A DNA stretch of 63,582 nucleotides, filler included, from Bigelowiella natans CCMP2755 (taxonomy: Eukaryota; Protista; Cercozoa): the NCBI GenBank assembly GCA_000320545.1. It is 8 parts of 8 records of this genome, joined end to end, with 100 filler letters (N's around TTAATTAATTAA, not from the genome) between each part and the next. Parts side by side here need not be neighbours in the genome. Positions count along the whole stretch, not along the records: positions 1 to 14,489 come from ADNK01001534.1; 7 more parts are not named here. The stretch is one strand, 5' to 3'. Positions 1 to 12,916 of the stretch are shown one piece after another. The position numbers and the translations under genes were made by a program. The notes beneath the pieces were generated by a model. That model ran no database searches, had not been told where the DNA came from, and was given only the letters and a program-made list of their open reading frames with translations. The number at the start of each line of letters is the position of its first letter. The first letter of the stretch is position 1.

Positions 1-157
1 GATGATGATGCTGATGATGACTAGACAATACTATACCTATTCTCCCCATCTAGCGTCTCCCTTCCCCCTCCCTCCTCCTCCTCCTCCTCCTCCTCCTCCT
101 CACCCCTCCGATCTGAGAGTCAGTAATGTAACATTTGGTTCACTCGATATGCCACAG

Positions 158-214
158 GAGGAGGCGAAGAAGGTGTGGGAACTCAGCTGCAAGCTAGTTG
201 GCATCCATCGATGA
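158..214 (+). CDS. Last exon of a short-chain dehydrogenase/reductase (retinol dehydrogenase/POR-like); 5' part outside window
   Basis: After a CAG acceptor: EEAKKVWELSCKLVGIHR*, resembling the C-terminal 'A.+LWELS.KLVG' motif of this SDR subfamily. Only 18 aa visible. Confidence 0.55.
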   Translation, partial: EEAKKVWELSCKLVGIHR

Positions 215-1539
215 GGCGACCGCACGTGCAGATATCATTGGAACGTTTCCGTGCTGCGCTGTGGTACTCCAGGAAAGACTGTATGTTTGCCGCCCTTGAT
301 CTACGTGTAATATTAAACGTATGTGAGTCCTTTCATGCATAAATTAAAGCATTTGTGCGCTTAATCATAACCACTTCGCGTTGTTAGCTGTACATATTTG
401 CGTTGCTGTTGCTAGCTTGTGGGGTTATTGTTGTCGTTGGCTCATTGCGAGCTGGAATCGCTACTCTGCATAGCTTAATGGTACGTCTAGCTAGACAAAG
501 CAGTTGGATATTGTGCGTGCCCGCCTGTCAGCAATCCTACACACACACACACACAGCCACACACACACACGTGTTGTACGTGCACATTTAAAAATGTCAA
601 TGGGCACATACACATGCATTGTGTGTTGCATTCATATGTGCACAACTGTCACATGTGGAGACAGATGCAATGAATGCATGCAATTCTTTCGACCCATGAA
701 CATGCATGTGCGCACAGTCTAGCAGTGTGTGTCGAATCGAACAAAATCAGTCATTACATCATGGCTTTAGCTAACTGCGAACATGCGAATATCGTGCATG
801 CATGTAATCGCATGAGCTATGTAGCTATCTCATTGCGTTGCATTGTGACCTACGCACGTGCTAGCGTGCACTACTAGACTATTAGCTACTTGTAGCCACG
901 ATTGATCGCATACACATGCTAGCATGAAATGTAAATGCGAGCAACTGATGAAGCATCTATCCAGCTGACTCAAGCTACTACTAGCTAGACGACACACATC
1001 ACATCATCACAACACTTATTTGTCCATGACATCATTGTCTATTGTACCGATGCATGCATGCTAGCATGCCCACAAGTCTACAATTTATTTGCCTCATGCA
1101 CTCGCAATCACAAAAGTTGGTTCTAATAAATAGCGGATGCGCTATCGTCTGTAGATTGCTAGGCTAGTTAATGGGTTGTTCTGCTAAATAAACATTTCAG
1201 GCAAGAGCATGTGAGGCGATGTATGAAACACCCAGGTTACTTTATGTATTCGTTCGTTCACACGAACTTGGTACTAAACACTACATACTACAACACAATC
1301 GCGGGAGGCCATCATCAATTATCCTTCCATTCGCCCTCGCTTTACTGCTGGAATAGTACCCTCCTCCCCGCCATTTGGTGAGGAGGATGATGATGATGGT
1401 GATGGTGATGATGTCAACTATCTATCACTGATTCTGCTGCTGCTGCTGCTACTATAAAACCTACTACACAAACCTAATAATCAATATTATCTTCCTACAT
1501 ATAATATAGACTTTTCGAAAAGCCTTTTAGAGACAGCTC

Positions 1540-2374
1540 GCAGCAAATATAAGGTAGAGCTCTTGAAGAGGAGGAGGTGCTGAGATTATTGGGAAGAGGG
1601 AGGTGGGGGAGTGGGGGTGGTAGACTGGAAGTGGAGAGAGACGGGGACACCGCGATTCGATGATGATGATAATTATGGTGATGGTGATAGATTGTGTGAT
1701 GAAACAGTTTCTTTGGTTCTCGCTGTTTTGTTGGTCGATCTTCTCCTCCTCAATTCCTCCGAACTAATTTCTCTCCTTTTGATCAATCAATCCTCGGTAC
1801 TTCAACACGCAAGGATCCTACGGCTCTTGCTGCTGCTACGATATTATGCAGGCAGGTTCCTCGTCCAAAGTGGCCTCGTCTATTATTATTTCGTTGTTTT
1901 CCTGTCGTAGTAGCAAAGAAACGTCAAGCTTCCCGGGATCATTATCATCATCATCATCATCATTATCATCACACTGATGCAGTAGATCAACTACCTCGCT
2001 CTCAACCAGAATATTCGTTTTTATCGACTGCGCCCAAGAGCTGAGAAACGATACAGAGTACAATCATACGCAACAATACGCAACAATAGCAATCGCTCAG
2101 CACCGAAAGTCACTTTGCAGCAAATACATACTCCTACCACTACCACTGCCCCGTATCTATATTTTTGCCATATGAAGCACCTTATATCTTGCAATGTTCC
2201 AATGAGTTTTTCGACTTTTTTCGTCACGCTGTGAAACTGTATGAGGCACGCGCGGCGGGGGAGGGAGTTAGAGAATGCAAATGATAGCACAGTTCAATGA
2301 TAATATACTAACAAACACACTTCTATACTTTGACACTATTAAGAATTATGAAGTGACTCATCCACCTACCTATC

Positions 2375-2410
<36 letters not shown>

Positions 2411-2798
2411 TACACACACACACACCTGAATTCTGCACATACACCGACACCACTTGATTGTCTTGTTTGGAAGGTACAAGCGATGTGTTACATCGTACGG
2501 TATGCCTATATGCATATCAGATATCATCATATCGTACAAATATAAGTTTTATTTTAGGGAGGGGGGATATGGAAGCTAGCACATGCTCGGCTACTTCTGG
2601 AAGAGGATTCTCAAGATGGAAAAAATATGTGCAAAATTAATGCGCACACGTGTTTCGCATATGCGTGTAAAATTTATTTAACAAGAATTTAAATTGGGAT
2701 ATTCAAATCCTGCCCCTATCCCCAATGCCCAGCTATCTTACTTCATTATCATCGACATTACCTCTCTCGATAGCGCGTTGAAACAGGAAAAGGACCTT

Positions 2799-2841
<43 letters not shown>

Positions 2842-3428
2842 TAAAGACGTGTACTTCTTTTAGAAAAAAGTAGTCATACGAAAGGGAGGGGACAGAGGAC
2901 ATCATGGAATTCAACACCCCGCTCATTAAAGAATGGTATCACCATCCGAGAGCAGGAGGGGGGGATAAAACATTGATTCATCATCGCTGGGAATGGAAGA
3001 CCTGGTCCCTATCATCTGGATGCAAGAGCCCTCTATACCGCTCGAAAGATGGGGGCGTGAATGGGGCCGGCGTATCATCGAAGATCTGGTGCACCGCCAC
3101 GGACCACCACATCTCCTGCGTGCTGCAAGAGTAAGCCCATTCCCCCACCTTCAGATCCTTCCTCAACTCTGTAGATATCCCTCTCCAGCTGTGGCTAGAC
3201 ATGAACGAAGGGCACTGGGCATTCCACTGTTCCGTGCTGCTGCCAGCCTACAGTGAGAAGGGGTGTGAGGGTGGACAAAGGTGTCGAGACAACGACAGCG
3301 ACACGGTTTTGCAATATGTGCGTATACAAATCCAACTCGCGTAACGACTCGTCGTGGGTTGACCTCGTACGTTGTTTGTTCTAACATTATGCGATCAAAG
3401 AGTTGTGTAGTACATATATACTAGAGAA

Positions 3429-3482
<54 letters not shown>

Positions 3483-3811
3483 CTCTCTCTTTCCTGGTAC
3501 CCAACCTGGAGATGTGACGGCAGCTTGGCCAGCCCATTCGTCGTCATTCCCGCTGATAAACTTCGTTTTCCATCGCGGCTGCTGGGCATGCTACTGCTGT
3601 TTCCCATCAACATTGCATCCCTCACCAACGGCCTTTTCTTCTCCGCGCCGCTTTCGGTGGTCTTAGTCTCCCTCATCATGTTCGAAGGCTGCTGTTTCGA
3701 CTGGTTGGATGTATTTTCCAGTCCAGAAGGAACCGACAATCCAAACTCAGAGAAACCTCCAGGCGTTGGACTGGCCTTGAGATCGGGACCATTCATGAAG
3801 TAGTCTTCCAT
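1540..3811 (-). CDS. Multi-exon PAS/PAC-domain protein with low-complexity N-terminus; 3' exons uncertain
   Basis: Manual splice gives VGEWAYSCSTQEMWWSVAVHQIFDD..SFERYRGLLHPDDRDQ/VLFLFQRAIERG/..PYDVTHRLYLPNKTIKWCRCMCRIQ/FHSVTKKVEKLIGTLQDI. HPDD and GTxQDI are PAS_3/PAC hallmarks. ATG at 3811 (MEDYF). Confidence 0.7.
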
Positions 3812-4983
3812 CCTTTCGGTCGTTATGGGCACGATTCTCTTCTTTCCTTTTGAATTTTATTTCTTTGCGCTTACTTAATTTGGTGCTCGCTTTCCTCCCC
3901 GTCGTCTATTCAACGTAAGTATTATAAGTATGGTCATGCAAGTGTATGTATTTACACACGTTGAGAGGCTATATCCTTTGCCCTCCTTCCCAAAGAACGT
4001 TCGGAAGGCATGCACTACACAACGTGTCACTTCTACGGACGACGTCCTCTGCGGACAAAACACGTACACCCTGTATTGAAATGCAAAAGAAGCCACTATC
4101 TTCACTAACTTGCAACCTTTTGGCACCCCTCGTTAGCTTATTGGGACGTAAACACGTCCTGTAGAAAAGTGCTTTTTGGGTCCGATGGGTTCGTCTGGGC
4201 GTGCAGGTCCTCAGGTGCCTGCCTGTCCTCCTCCTTGGTCGTTCCGTCTGAGAAATTGGCCCGAGTTTCTGTTTGGAACCGCGAGTACCGGTATTGGTCC
4301 GTTTCTGCAGAGCTGGCACCGATTTTTCTGCTTTCGTCTCTGCTTGGAAGCGAACCACCCGTCCAAACCGCCTGGGCTATTCGCCTTTCGGAATCGAGAG
4401 TTCTTCCCTTCGCTCTGCCTTCTGTGTTTTCGACCCATGCCCCGTCTCTACCAGAGAATATGGACCCAAACGTCCTGCGTTCCAAAGATATTTTCCGGGA
4501 CCAAGTGCCATGCACATACCCCTTCGGCGGTCCTTTTTACATTGATAACGAACGGGCCGAAATGGGCCGTGCGGATATTGTAAAGCTTAAAGGTCATAAA
4601 TCACCTTAGTTGCAACTTGGAGTTGGTCTTTTCGCCCAAATAAATATCCCGCATACTCCAGCTCTCGATTCCTCAAATTGCGACAAGGCTGATTGGTAGC
4701 CGCAGTCCATAAATCCTTGCGGAAACATCTTGAGGCTTTGAGAAAGTGTGAGAAATCCTCGTTTGCACCCCTTGCGTCAACATGGCGAGCCCTGATTTTA
4801 TCTGGGGAAAAAAGGATGATGGAATTCTGGATCTCGAGTAACGTCAGCACCTTTGAGGGAGGGAAAAACCTTTCCTAATTTAAGGGGAGACACGCATATT
4901 CTCATGTCGCAGATATATATATATATATTTTTTAAACCTCATATCGCATAAGCTTCGCGCATCGCAACCTATCAGCCATAGAC

Positions 4984-6448
4984 ATGTCCTGCCCATTCGG
5001 ATTCACCGCTAAGTCCTATGAGAAGGAGGCGGACCTTCGCTCTGCCATGAAGGAAGCCATGATCAACTCTAAGGTGGTTTTTGTGAATTTTCAATGCGGA
5101 CATCCCTTTATCGCATCATATCAACTTCGTGGTTTTCCAGGGAAACTGCTGCCCATTCGCTATGCGCCTGGCGTGGCATGCGTCTGGAACCTATGACGCT
5201 AAATCCAAGACTGGTGGCAGGTTACTAATTTAAGCAGAACATTGCCAATTGTTTCTAAACTTTTGTTCTTTTAAGCAACGGTGCTACTATGCGGTTCAAG
5301 CCCGAGTCCACAGATGGCGCGAATGCAGGACTCGACATCATGCGTGACATTGTTGCTCCCATCAAGGAGAAATTCCCTGACGTATGTCTCGCGTAAAATA
5401 ATAGACTGAAGTCGGACAGAATTTTGACAATCATAACAATAAATTAGGTATCCCTCGCTGACATTTGGACCTACGCTGGGAAAATGTCGATCGAAGAGAG
5501 TGGAGGACCCAAGATTCAATTCTCTTTCGGTCGCGGCGACGATGAAACCGGTAGGGATATCATCATGTACAATCACGTCTCCAAGTACTGACAATTCCAA
5601 TTTTCATAGGAAAGAACTGCCCAGAGAATGGCCGCCTTCCTGATGCAGCAAAGGGAGCACAGCACCTCCGCGATGTAACCAATTTCATTTGATTTTTTCT
5701 TCCTAGCGAAGCCAAATACGATCGTTTCAATCATTTGTGTTTCGATATGATAATGCTATATGGATCGAAAAATTAGGTTTTCTACCGCATGGGCTTTGAC
5801 GACAGGGCCATTGTCGCTCTGAGCGGCGGACACAACTTGGGCAGCTGCCATACCGATCGTAGCGGTTTCAGCGGACCCTGGACCACGAATCCTCTCAAGT
5901 TCGATAATGAATACTACATCGTAAGGCTTTATTTTTTCATTTGTTGTCATGAGACCACCATATCATCTTCTTTTTACAAAAATCCTTTAAGAATCTTGTG
6001 GAGAAGGAATGGATTGAGAAGAAATGGGACGGTCCTTTCCAGGTCAGTGACCTTACAAACCTTTTCCCTCATATTTGACTGAGTCGGGTGCTCACTGAAG
6101 CTTTCGATACCTTTACCTTGTGTTTCACAGTACACGGACAAAGCAACTGGAAAGCTTATGATGCTTCCTACTGACATTGCCCTGATGAAGGTGGTGTCAA
6201 AACATTCATATTAGTCTATGTTTGTCATTGATTTTTTATTTGTTGGTAGGATGAGAAGTTCAAGGTTATTGTTGAAGAATACGCCAAAGACAAGGACTCT
6301 TTCTTCAAGTAAATCACGTGAATCATCGTTTCGCCGTGGAGACTAAACTGATTGGATTGCCATTCGAAATATTTACAGAGACTTCGCGAAATACTTCTCC
6401 CAGCTGCTTCATCTAGGATGTGAAGAAGCAATGAAGGCAAAGAAGTAG
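4984..6448 (+). CDS. APX: Class I heme peroxidase (ascorbate/cytochrome c peroxidase hybrid type), 10 exons
   Basis: GT-AG spliced translation contains [59 protein letters not shown] and MMLPTDIAL, ending [11 protein letters not shown]. Confidence 0.95.
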
Positions 6449-6974
6449 GCTACATGGGCTAGTTACGTACGTCGTTAGATTGATTCTGTTTTGAATGTGT
6501 TCTCCGATGTTGCTAAAATCTGTGTCATGCAAATGTAAAGTCCATCTTCACATTCAATTTCGAGTCAACATCGCATTCACGCATGCCGAATGCGTTGACG
6601 ACCTGCCGCGACCCGATGCGATGAGCTAGCATAGCTGTGCACAAATGGTGCATGTGAACGAACGCTGATGCGTGCACGCTGCATGTGATACGCCATGTGC
6701 AACGTACAGCCAATGCGTTGCTCAGACACAACTGCAGAAATCTGGACTCGATAGCGATGCTGAGAGTATCGCATGAAGCTACGTAGCGCGTGCTCGCAGA
6801 GGTGATTCAAAAGTGCCAAACACACTTCACCACGCATGCAGTGCATTGTGGAGAGCATGTATGAAGCAACGTTATTCACCTTATTCAAAGCCATTCTTCC
6901 CCGAAAACCAGGTGCTTTAATACACGCGAAATGTTGACTGTGTCTATAGTCTATATGTGCTATATATATTTAGA

Positions 6975-7372
6975 TAAAGCAGCCGTGGTCTACCAAAACG
7001 GTAGTACATCCTATGGTTCAGCCTATTGTTATTATATTTTCATCGTAGTGTTGATTATTATATATATAACGCAATAATCAACACTACTACTAGAACAGTG
7101 CAATCGCATCGAGATGCTGTATACAAAATGAGTGCAATATTACACGTGTATAGCTAGATTGCTACCCTGTGCGTGATGCTTATAGCTAGCAAAGTAATTA
7201 ATATCAAATTGGTCATATGCTTAAATACTAGGAGCGTAGTTTTGTTTCGAAGCGCTGTAGTGCTGCGTTGAGACGTGCTGTGCATGCAAGCGGCGAACCA
7301 TCTAAAGCAGCCGTGGTCTACCAAAACGGTAGTACATCCTATGGTTCAGCCTATTGTTATTATATTTTCATC
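6975..7372. repeat. Pair of identical 70-bp direct repeats (6975-7044, 7303-7372)
   Basis: taaagcagccgtggtctaccaaaacggtagtacatcctatggttcagcctattgttattatattttcatc occurs twice. Confidence 0.9.
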
Positions 7373-7519
7373 CCGGTGCAACTATTAACTAGTACATAAC
7401 ATAGTAGTTAACAGACATCAGTAGCGTGTAGCGTTAACTTTCTTATGAATTTGGTGCTACGACGGTGCTGAGGTTACACTAACTCAACCCTCTTGGACGG
7501 ACGCAATACTGCACCACGA

Positions 7520-8031
7520 TTAGTCGAAATCTTCATCTTCATCGTCGTCTTCGTCTTCAGCATTCTTAGATCCAAAGTGCTTCAACATATCGTTTTTGTT
7601 GGAGAAACTTATTGGGAAAATACCCGTCAATGAATCACGAAACGGTTTCATCGATTGGGCGTATATAACGCGATCCAGCTGATTTGAGTTCTCTGGAGTA
7701 AAGGAAATAAAATGGAGCTTAGATGTCATTCTCCCGTCTTTGGTCTTAAACTCATGGTCGAAGATGGCGTATCTTGGCTGGAGATTCGTAAGAGCTTCTG
7801 CTAGTGCATCGATCCCACCGGTTCCACCGGATTTGCTTTCAGGAATAAAATGAGTCAAAGGCGGGCAAAACCATTGTAACAAAATGAGGGGTGTATATAC
7901 TCTGTGACTATTTCCGAAGTCTTAGTGTCGATCTTGAAAATTGCCCATTCCAGTTTTTTCTTGCCTCGAAGCTTCACTCTTTTGAAGGTTGCTTTACACT
8001 CTGAAGTCGGGGTAGCTGACGATTGTGACAT
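7520..8031 (-). CDS. ADF: ADF/cofilin family actin-depolymerizing factor, 2 coding exons
   Basis: MSQSSATPTSECKATFKRVKLRGKKKLEWAIFKID..., PRYAIFDHEFKTKDGRMTSKLHFISFTPEN, RVIYAQS: ADF-H motifs, plus acidic tail. Confidence 0.9.
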
Positions 8032-8403
8032 CCCGATCGATCCTCACTTTTACTTTCGCTAATACCTAAGGAAATATGCAATACGGTGAGGCGAGGGCCC
8101 CCATGCGATCCTTCCTCCTCCTTCCCTACCTGTCCGGACGGTCAAGTGTGTGCAGTGTGATTGCACGGTCCTCCTGGTGAAAAATGAATCTTCTGAAAAG
8201 AGTAAATACCGTAGATATTATAGTTGCGACATGTATACTCTCATGTCGCACAATAAAATTCTGTTAGATTTTACCAGGAACAGCATAACAATCAGCTATC
8301 AGCCAGCAGCAAGCGGGAACAACCGAAAGAACGCCAATGGGTTCCTCCTGAGCAATGGAGTTCTCCTGAGCAGCCCACCGTGAGGGCAAGGAGCAGCCCC
8401 ACA

Positions 8404-9999
8404 ATGCTCCGCAAGAACCAAGGGATATTGATCATGGGGGCGATGCTATGCATTTGGTTCGTGACCTCGATGACGATGATGGCAGTGGGCGAAGACGAAG
8501 GCGAAACGCGTGGAAGGTACGGTAACAAGTTCCTCCCTAGCGGTTTGTTGTTGATATGAACTAGCGTATTTCCGTCATAAACTTCGCGGTTGTTCGTCGT
8601 AACTACGCAGTTCATCGTCGCTGTTCCTTTATATGAAGGCTCCTTTGCATTACAGATACCCGGACATCGAAGTTGCATCCAACACGGCGACTGAGGAGTC
8701 CAATTTCTCATTTATGCCGCAGGTTTGATCTTGGAATTTTTTTTTGTTTCTAAAATACATACGGCGCTGTGATTCGACCATTCAAACGGAGTCCGATGGC
8801 CAGTATGTATCGAAATGAACACAGCAACTCGAAATCACTCAATCAACGGCCGATTAGGTTTCAGGGAAAGATCCACGGGAGATCATGATCGTGATGCGCC
8901 CAAATCTCGCTTTTTCGCAGAAATGTCGTGCAAACCCCTTCGCGATAATGTCGCCAGAGGATATTATTCAAAACAGGAGTCACTGCCTCGCTGACAATCC
9001 TGAAAGCAACAGACCAAACTGGACTTGTTCCGAGCAGGTCATGCGCAGAACATATGGATTTTCGTTAGTTCTCCGAGAGGGGATGGCAGGCAATGTGGGG
9101 AATGCCGGAGAGACCGAAGAGAAGAAGAATTCCTTCAGGTAACAAGGAACTTGTGCCTACTCGTCAGCCAGCGATATCTTCATACGTTTGACACTTTGAG
9201 AGTGATGCATGCTTGTGATAATATGCGTAATCTTAGATACGTGGAGATCCCGAAATCGGGCTCCTCATTCATCAAGTACAATATGAAAGCGCTAATCGAA
9301 GCTTGCAAACCGAGAAAAGCAGCGCGAGGGGCGAAAAACAGCTCGTTGACAGCAGAAATCGTGGCGAGTAGTGATTGGTATGGGTTAGTACCCAGAGAAC
9401 GCCTCCCGGCCAACGAAGTCGCATTTACTTTTGTACGTCACCCGGTGAGGCGGTTTATATCAGGCTATGGCACTATAATGACACGATTCGAGACTGCGGA
9501 GCACCAGCTGCGACTGGGCGGCATGATCTTCGAGTGGGGAAAGCTGAAGCACCTAAGAAACATGAAGCGGCTACGGGAGATCTGGAGAATGCGAGAGCCG
9601 GGGCGATTCGATGCCTTTGTGAGCCACTATCTGCAGATGGGCGACCAGCTGCTAATGTACGACTTCGGGTCGCATTGCCCCCTCATGGCTCATGTGCTGT
9701 CACAGACATGGTTCCTCAACCTTTACGCTGGGCGAATCCTTCATGTGGGCAGGGCAGAGAAGGGTATGATGGACACCGACTACGTGCATTTCTTCACCGA
9801 GGTCGTGGGCCTTCAGGGCGATTGCGTGCGGGCTTTCGTGGATGGCGCGAGGCGAAGCGGGGCGCATTCAAATCGGGATGAGGGGCGAGGGCGCATTCTG
9901 CAGGTAGAGCAGTACCAAAAGGTGGCCCGGGGGAGCATCGAGAGGCTGAACGAGAACTTTGCTATAGAGCTCAAGGTTTTCGGTTTTGAGCCGTTATAG
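8404..9999 (+). CDS. Golgi-type sulfotransferase (Sulfotransfer_2-like) with N-terminal hydrophobic anchor; start and early exons approximate
   Basis: YVEIPKSGSSFIK (5'-PSB) and FTFVRHPVRRFISGY (3'-PB) PAPS-binding motifs; hydrophobic ILIMGAMLCIWFVTSMTMMAV upstream. Confidence 0.8.
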
Positions 10000-11372
10000 C
10001 CGGTGGTGTGTGGTCATTGGTTCCAAAACCCATTGAACATAGTAGGCAAATTGCCTGTCAGGCAAGATAATGATGATGGCACGACTGCTGCTGTTGCTGC
10101 TGGTATTATGCGGCATTCTCAGCAGCGGATCTATTTATATGGCAGTGCTGAACCACTTTCGTGGTGAAGGACAAGTATTTAGAGTAATGAAAAAATTGAA
10201 GTACGTGAAAAATTGAGGGATGAGAAGCATGTACGTACGTCTAGATGTGGATGTATGTCTAGATATGCGTATGTAAACGTGTGATACATATTTTATATTA
10301 TTTGTGACTTAAAGAAAAGAGGCAGGCGCTTCGTCCACGCTAGCACGCCCTGAGCTCTGACGATGCATACACGATGCACCGCGTAGAATTGTCATTGTTA
10401 CGCAGCTCAGAATGTAGCCCGGTGATCTGTGACCATGTCGCACATAACTAGATAAATGACTTCTCATGCGCTAAAAACCTAGTGATGTCTATACATATAC
10501 GTTACACGCTGCGCATTCATCATTGCTAGATTGTATCCGCCTCAATAGTCACGCTGCGCAAAGCGACGACATCTCTGTCGTTATATATATCATACATACT
10601 AGTACTAGTATACTGTGTCTATGGTGTCGATTTGTAAGACGGATGTAATTAATCAATTAAATTTAGGTCGATTTGTGTGTGGCTGCCTACTAGCTTAGCT
10701 AGCTGCTAAAACGCTCTTGCAGTCCATGCTAAAGCATGGCTAGATGGGCGTACTTACCTATGTTACCGACTACCCATCATACTAGCATAGACTCTTGAGA
10801 TTATCCGGGCTGCTCTAGCTAGCTAGTGTTATAGCCATGCTAGCATGGACGTACTGTAGCTATCTGACAAATTATATCTAGGTATGCCTAAATGACATGC
10901 ACTAGCTTGCTGTCATGTACGTCGCACAAATCGATCAAAGCCTACTATTGCAAAGTAGTAGTGGTGCAGGCTAGCAGGCTGCGCTAGCTGTCATCATGGG
11001 CTGCTGCTGACTATGCTAGTATGCACACGGAACATGCTTCACATGTCCAGATGTGTTATGCAAAGTGTCTACTATGCTTTACATGATATCTTGGGAAGCT
11101 ATGAGCGAACCAATCGGTTATTTCACATGGATCGCGACCACGCAATACTGAGCAGCATACCAATGTTCTCCATCCAATAGCCTTCGATCGGACGGAGGCT
11201 GCTGGAGCTCTAGACCCGCTTATATTTGCTAAGTGTAATAATATGCTTGCCGAGGACGAATCAGAAGCGTTTTCTCGCCTTCATTAATTTAAGCAGTTCG
11301 GGTTAGAGTTCTCGTCATGGACTGGGGCCACAGCGCCGGCTGCCTTGTCTTCCTCGACAACACCTGGCACGC

Positions 11373-11412
<40 letters not shown>

Positions 11413-11548
11413 AATATCGCTCGGTTTCAATGATGGGTGCTGCACGACCAGACAGATAAGCTGGTGTGTAAGCTCTGATGGACATATGAAAGAAAGGGAG
11501 ACTACTACCTTTTTCTTCGACCGAGAAGTTCTTCAAGGGATTAGATAC

Positions 11549-12613
11549 CTAGAGTAGTAAGTAGTAGTAGCCAGTCAAACCAAATTCATCGGAGCTCCTC
11601 CACTCTAAAACTATATATGGCTGTGGCCTCGTTCTGCTCACTCGGCCATCATCATCACCATCATCATTATTACTTGACTTGCGTGACAAATCTAGATGAT
11701 GCGGGCTGACGTTGCCTTTATTGCATTCGAGGGGCAAACACCGACATTGCAGGCTCATCTTGAGGGCTAGGCAAAGACTCCTCGCAAAATGAAAGCTGTA
11801 ATGCTCACGTAGATTTGATTTTGTGACATGAATTGTGAAATAAGGCCCAACCAAAGATGAGGATTCTCCAGAGTGATCGATGCCCGTTGCGTGTGCATGC
11901 AGCCCGCCACCGGTGGTCTTCTTGCCTGTGCGCACGTACAACAACGGAGAGTCCCAACAGCATGCAAATGAAATACAGTGCGAGTGCCACACAATGCGCG
12001 GGGGAGAGGGTCACGGTATAAAGAGGAGGGAGGGGGGGGGGGGGGGGAGGAGGGAGCTCTATTGATCAAAATTGCTGGCAATTTAGTGCTTAGACAGTAG
12101 ATTCGCAAAGGGCAATAATAACCTTCTGTTGCTTCTCGAACGCCGATCTTTACAATGGCAAATGCATAGAAGAAAACACGCACACCCGACGACGAAAGCA
12201 ACAACAAGGAGAAGTCACGGAGCAGGAAAGCACTCCGACGAAAGCGGCGTTTCACAAAAACGTGTACATGCGTGCATGTATGCATGTATGTATGTATGCA
12301 GGCGCTTTTCGATTGAATTGACAGGGTTTGATAAGATAAATAGCAACCACGACACCTTCTTCGGTTGAAGACCAGGATCTTGGAATATCTACGAGGGAGA
12401 GTTAGTGAGAGACTAAATCAAAACAAGAAATGCTTGACCAACCACATGAAGGGAGAGGGAGGGAGGGGGGAGGGTAGCATCCGCGGGAGAAATGCATTTT
12501 CCACACTCGAAAATTAGTGTTTGTTGTCGCGCAAACTACCGTAATCGGCTGCTTCTCGGCGCTCACGGTCGCGATTTTCGATTCGTTAGCCGCTGCCACC
12601 GCTGATAGAAAAG

Positions 12614-12657
<44 letters not shown>

Positions 12658-12872
12658 TTAAAACGTGTTTCCTGGCGTGAAGACGAACTAGCCGAAAGAT
12701 TCGTACACTTGCAAAATACGCGCAGAAACCAGTAATCTCCACATAAAATCACACATATCCAACGGTAACAACATCATCATAGAAACATCACCACGTGATG
12801 ATAGCAGCAAGAATAGACAGACAGCGAGAAGTACGATGAAAATTAACACTTAATATGCGACTATGCTCACAA

Positions 12873-12916
<44 letters not shown>

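Noticed and set aside
3875-4880. Overlapping 80-145 aa ORFs between the PAS gene and the peroxidase
   Set aside because: No motifs or consistent strand; likely a divergent promoter/UTR region, though a small gene cannot be excluded.
6975-7372. CRISPR array or SECIS element
   Set aside because: Only two 70-bp copies with a 258-bp spacer in a eukaryote; no SECIS core geometry recognised and no in-frame UGA in the adjacent genes.
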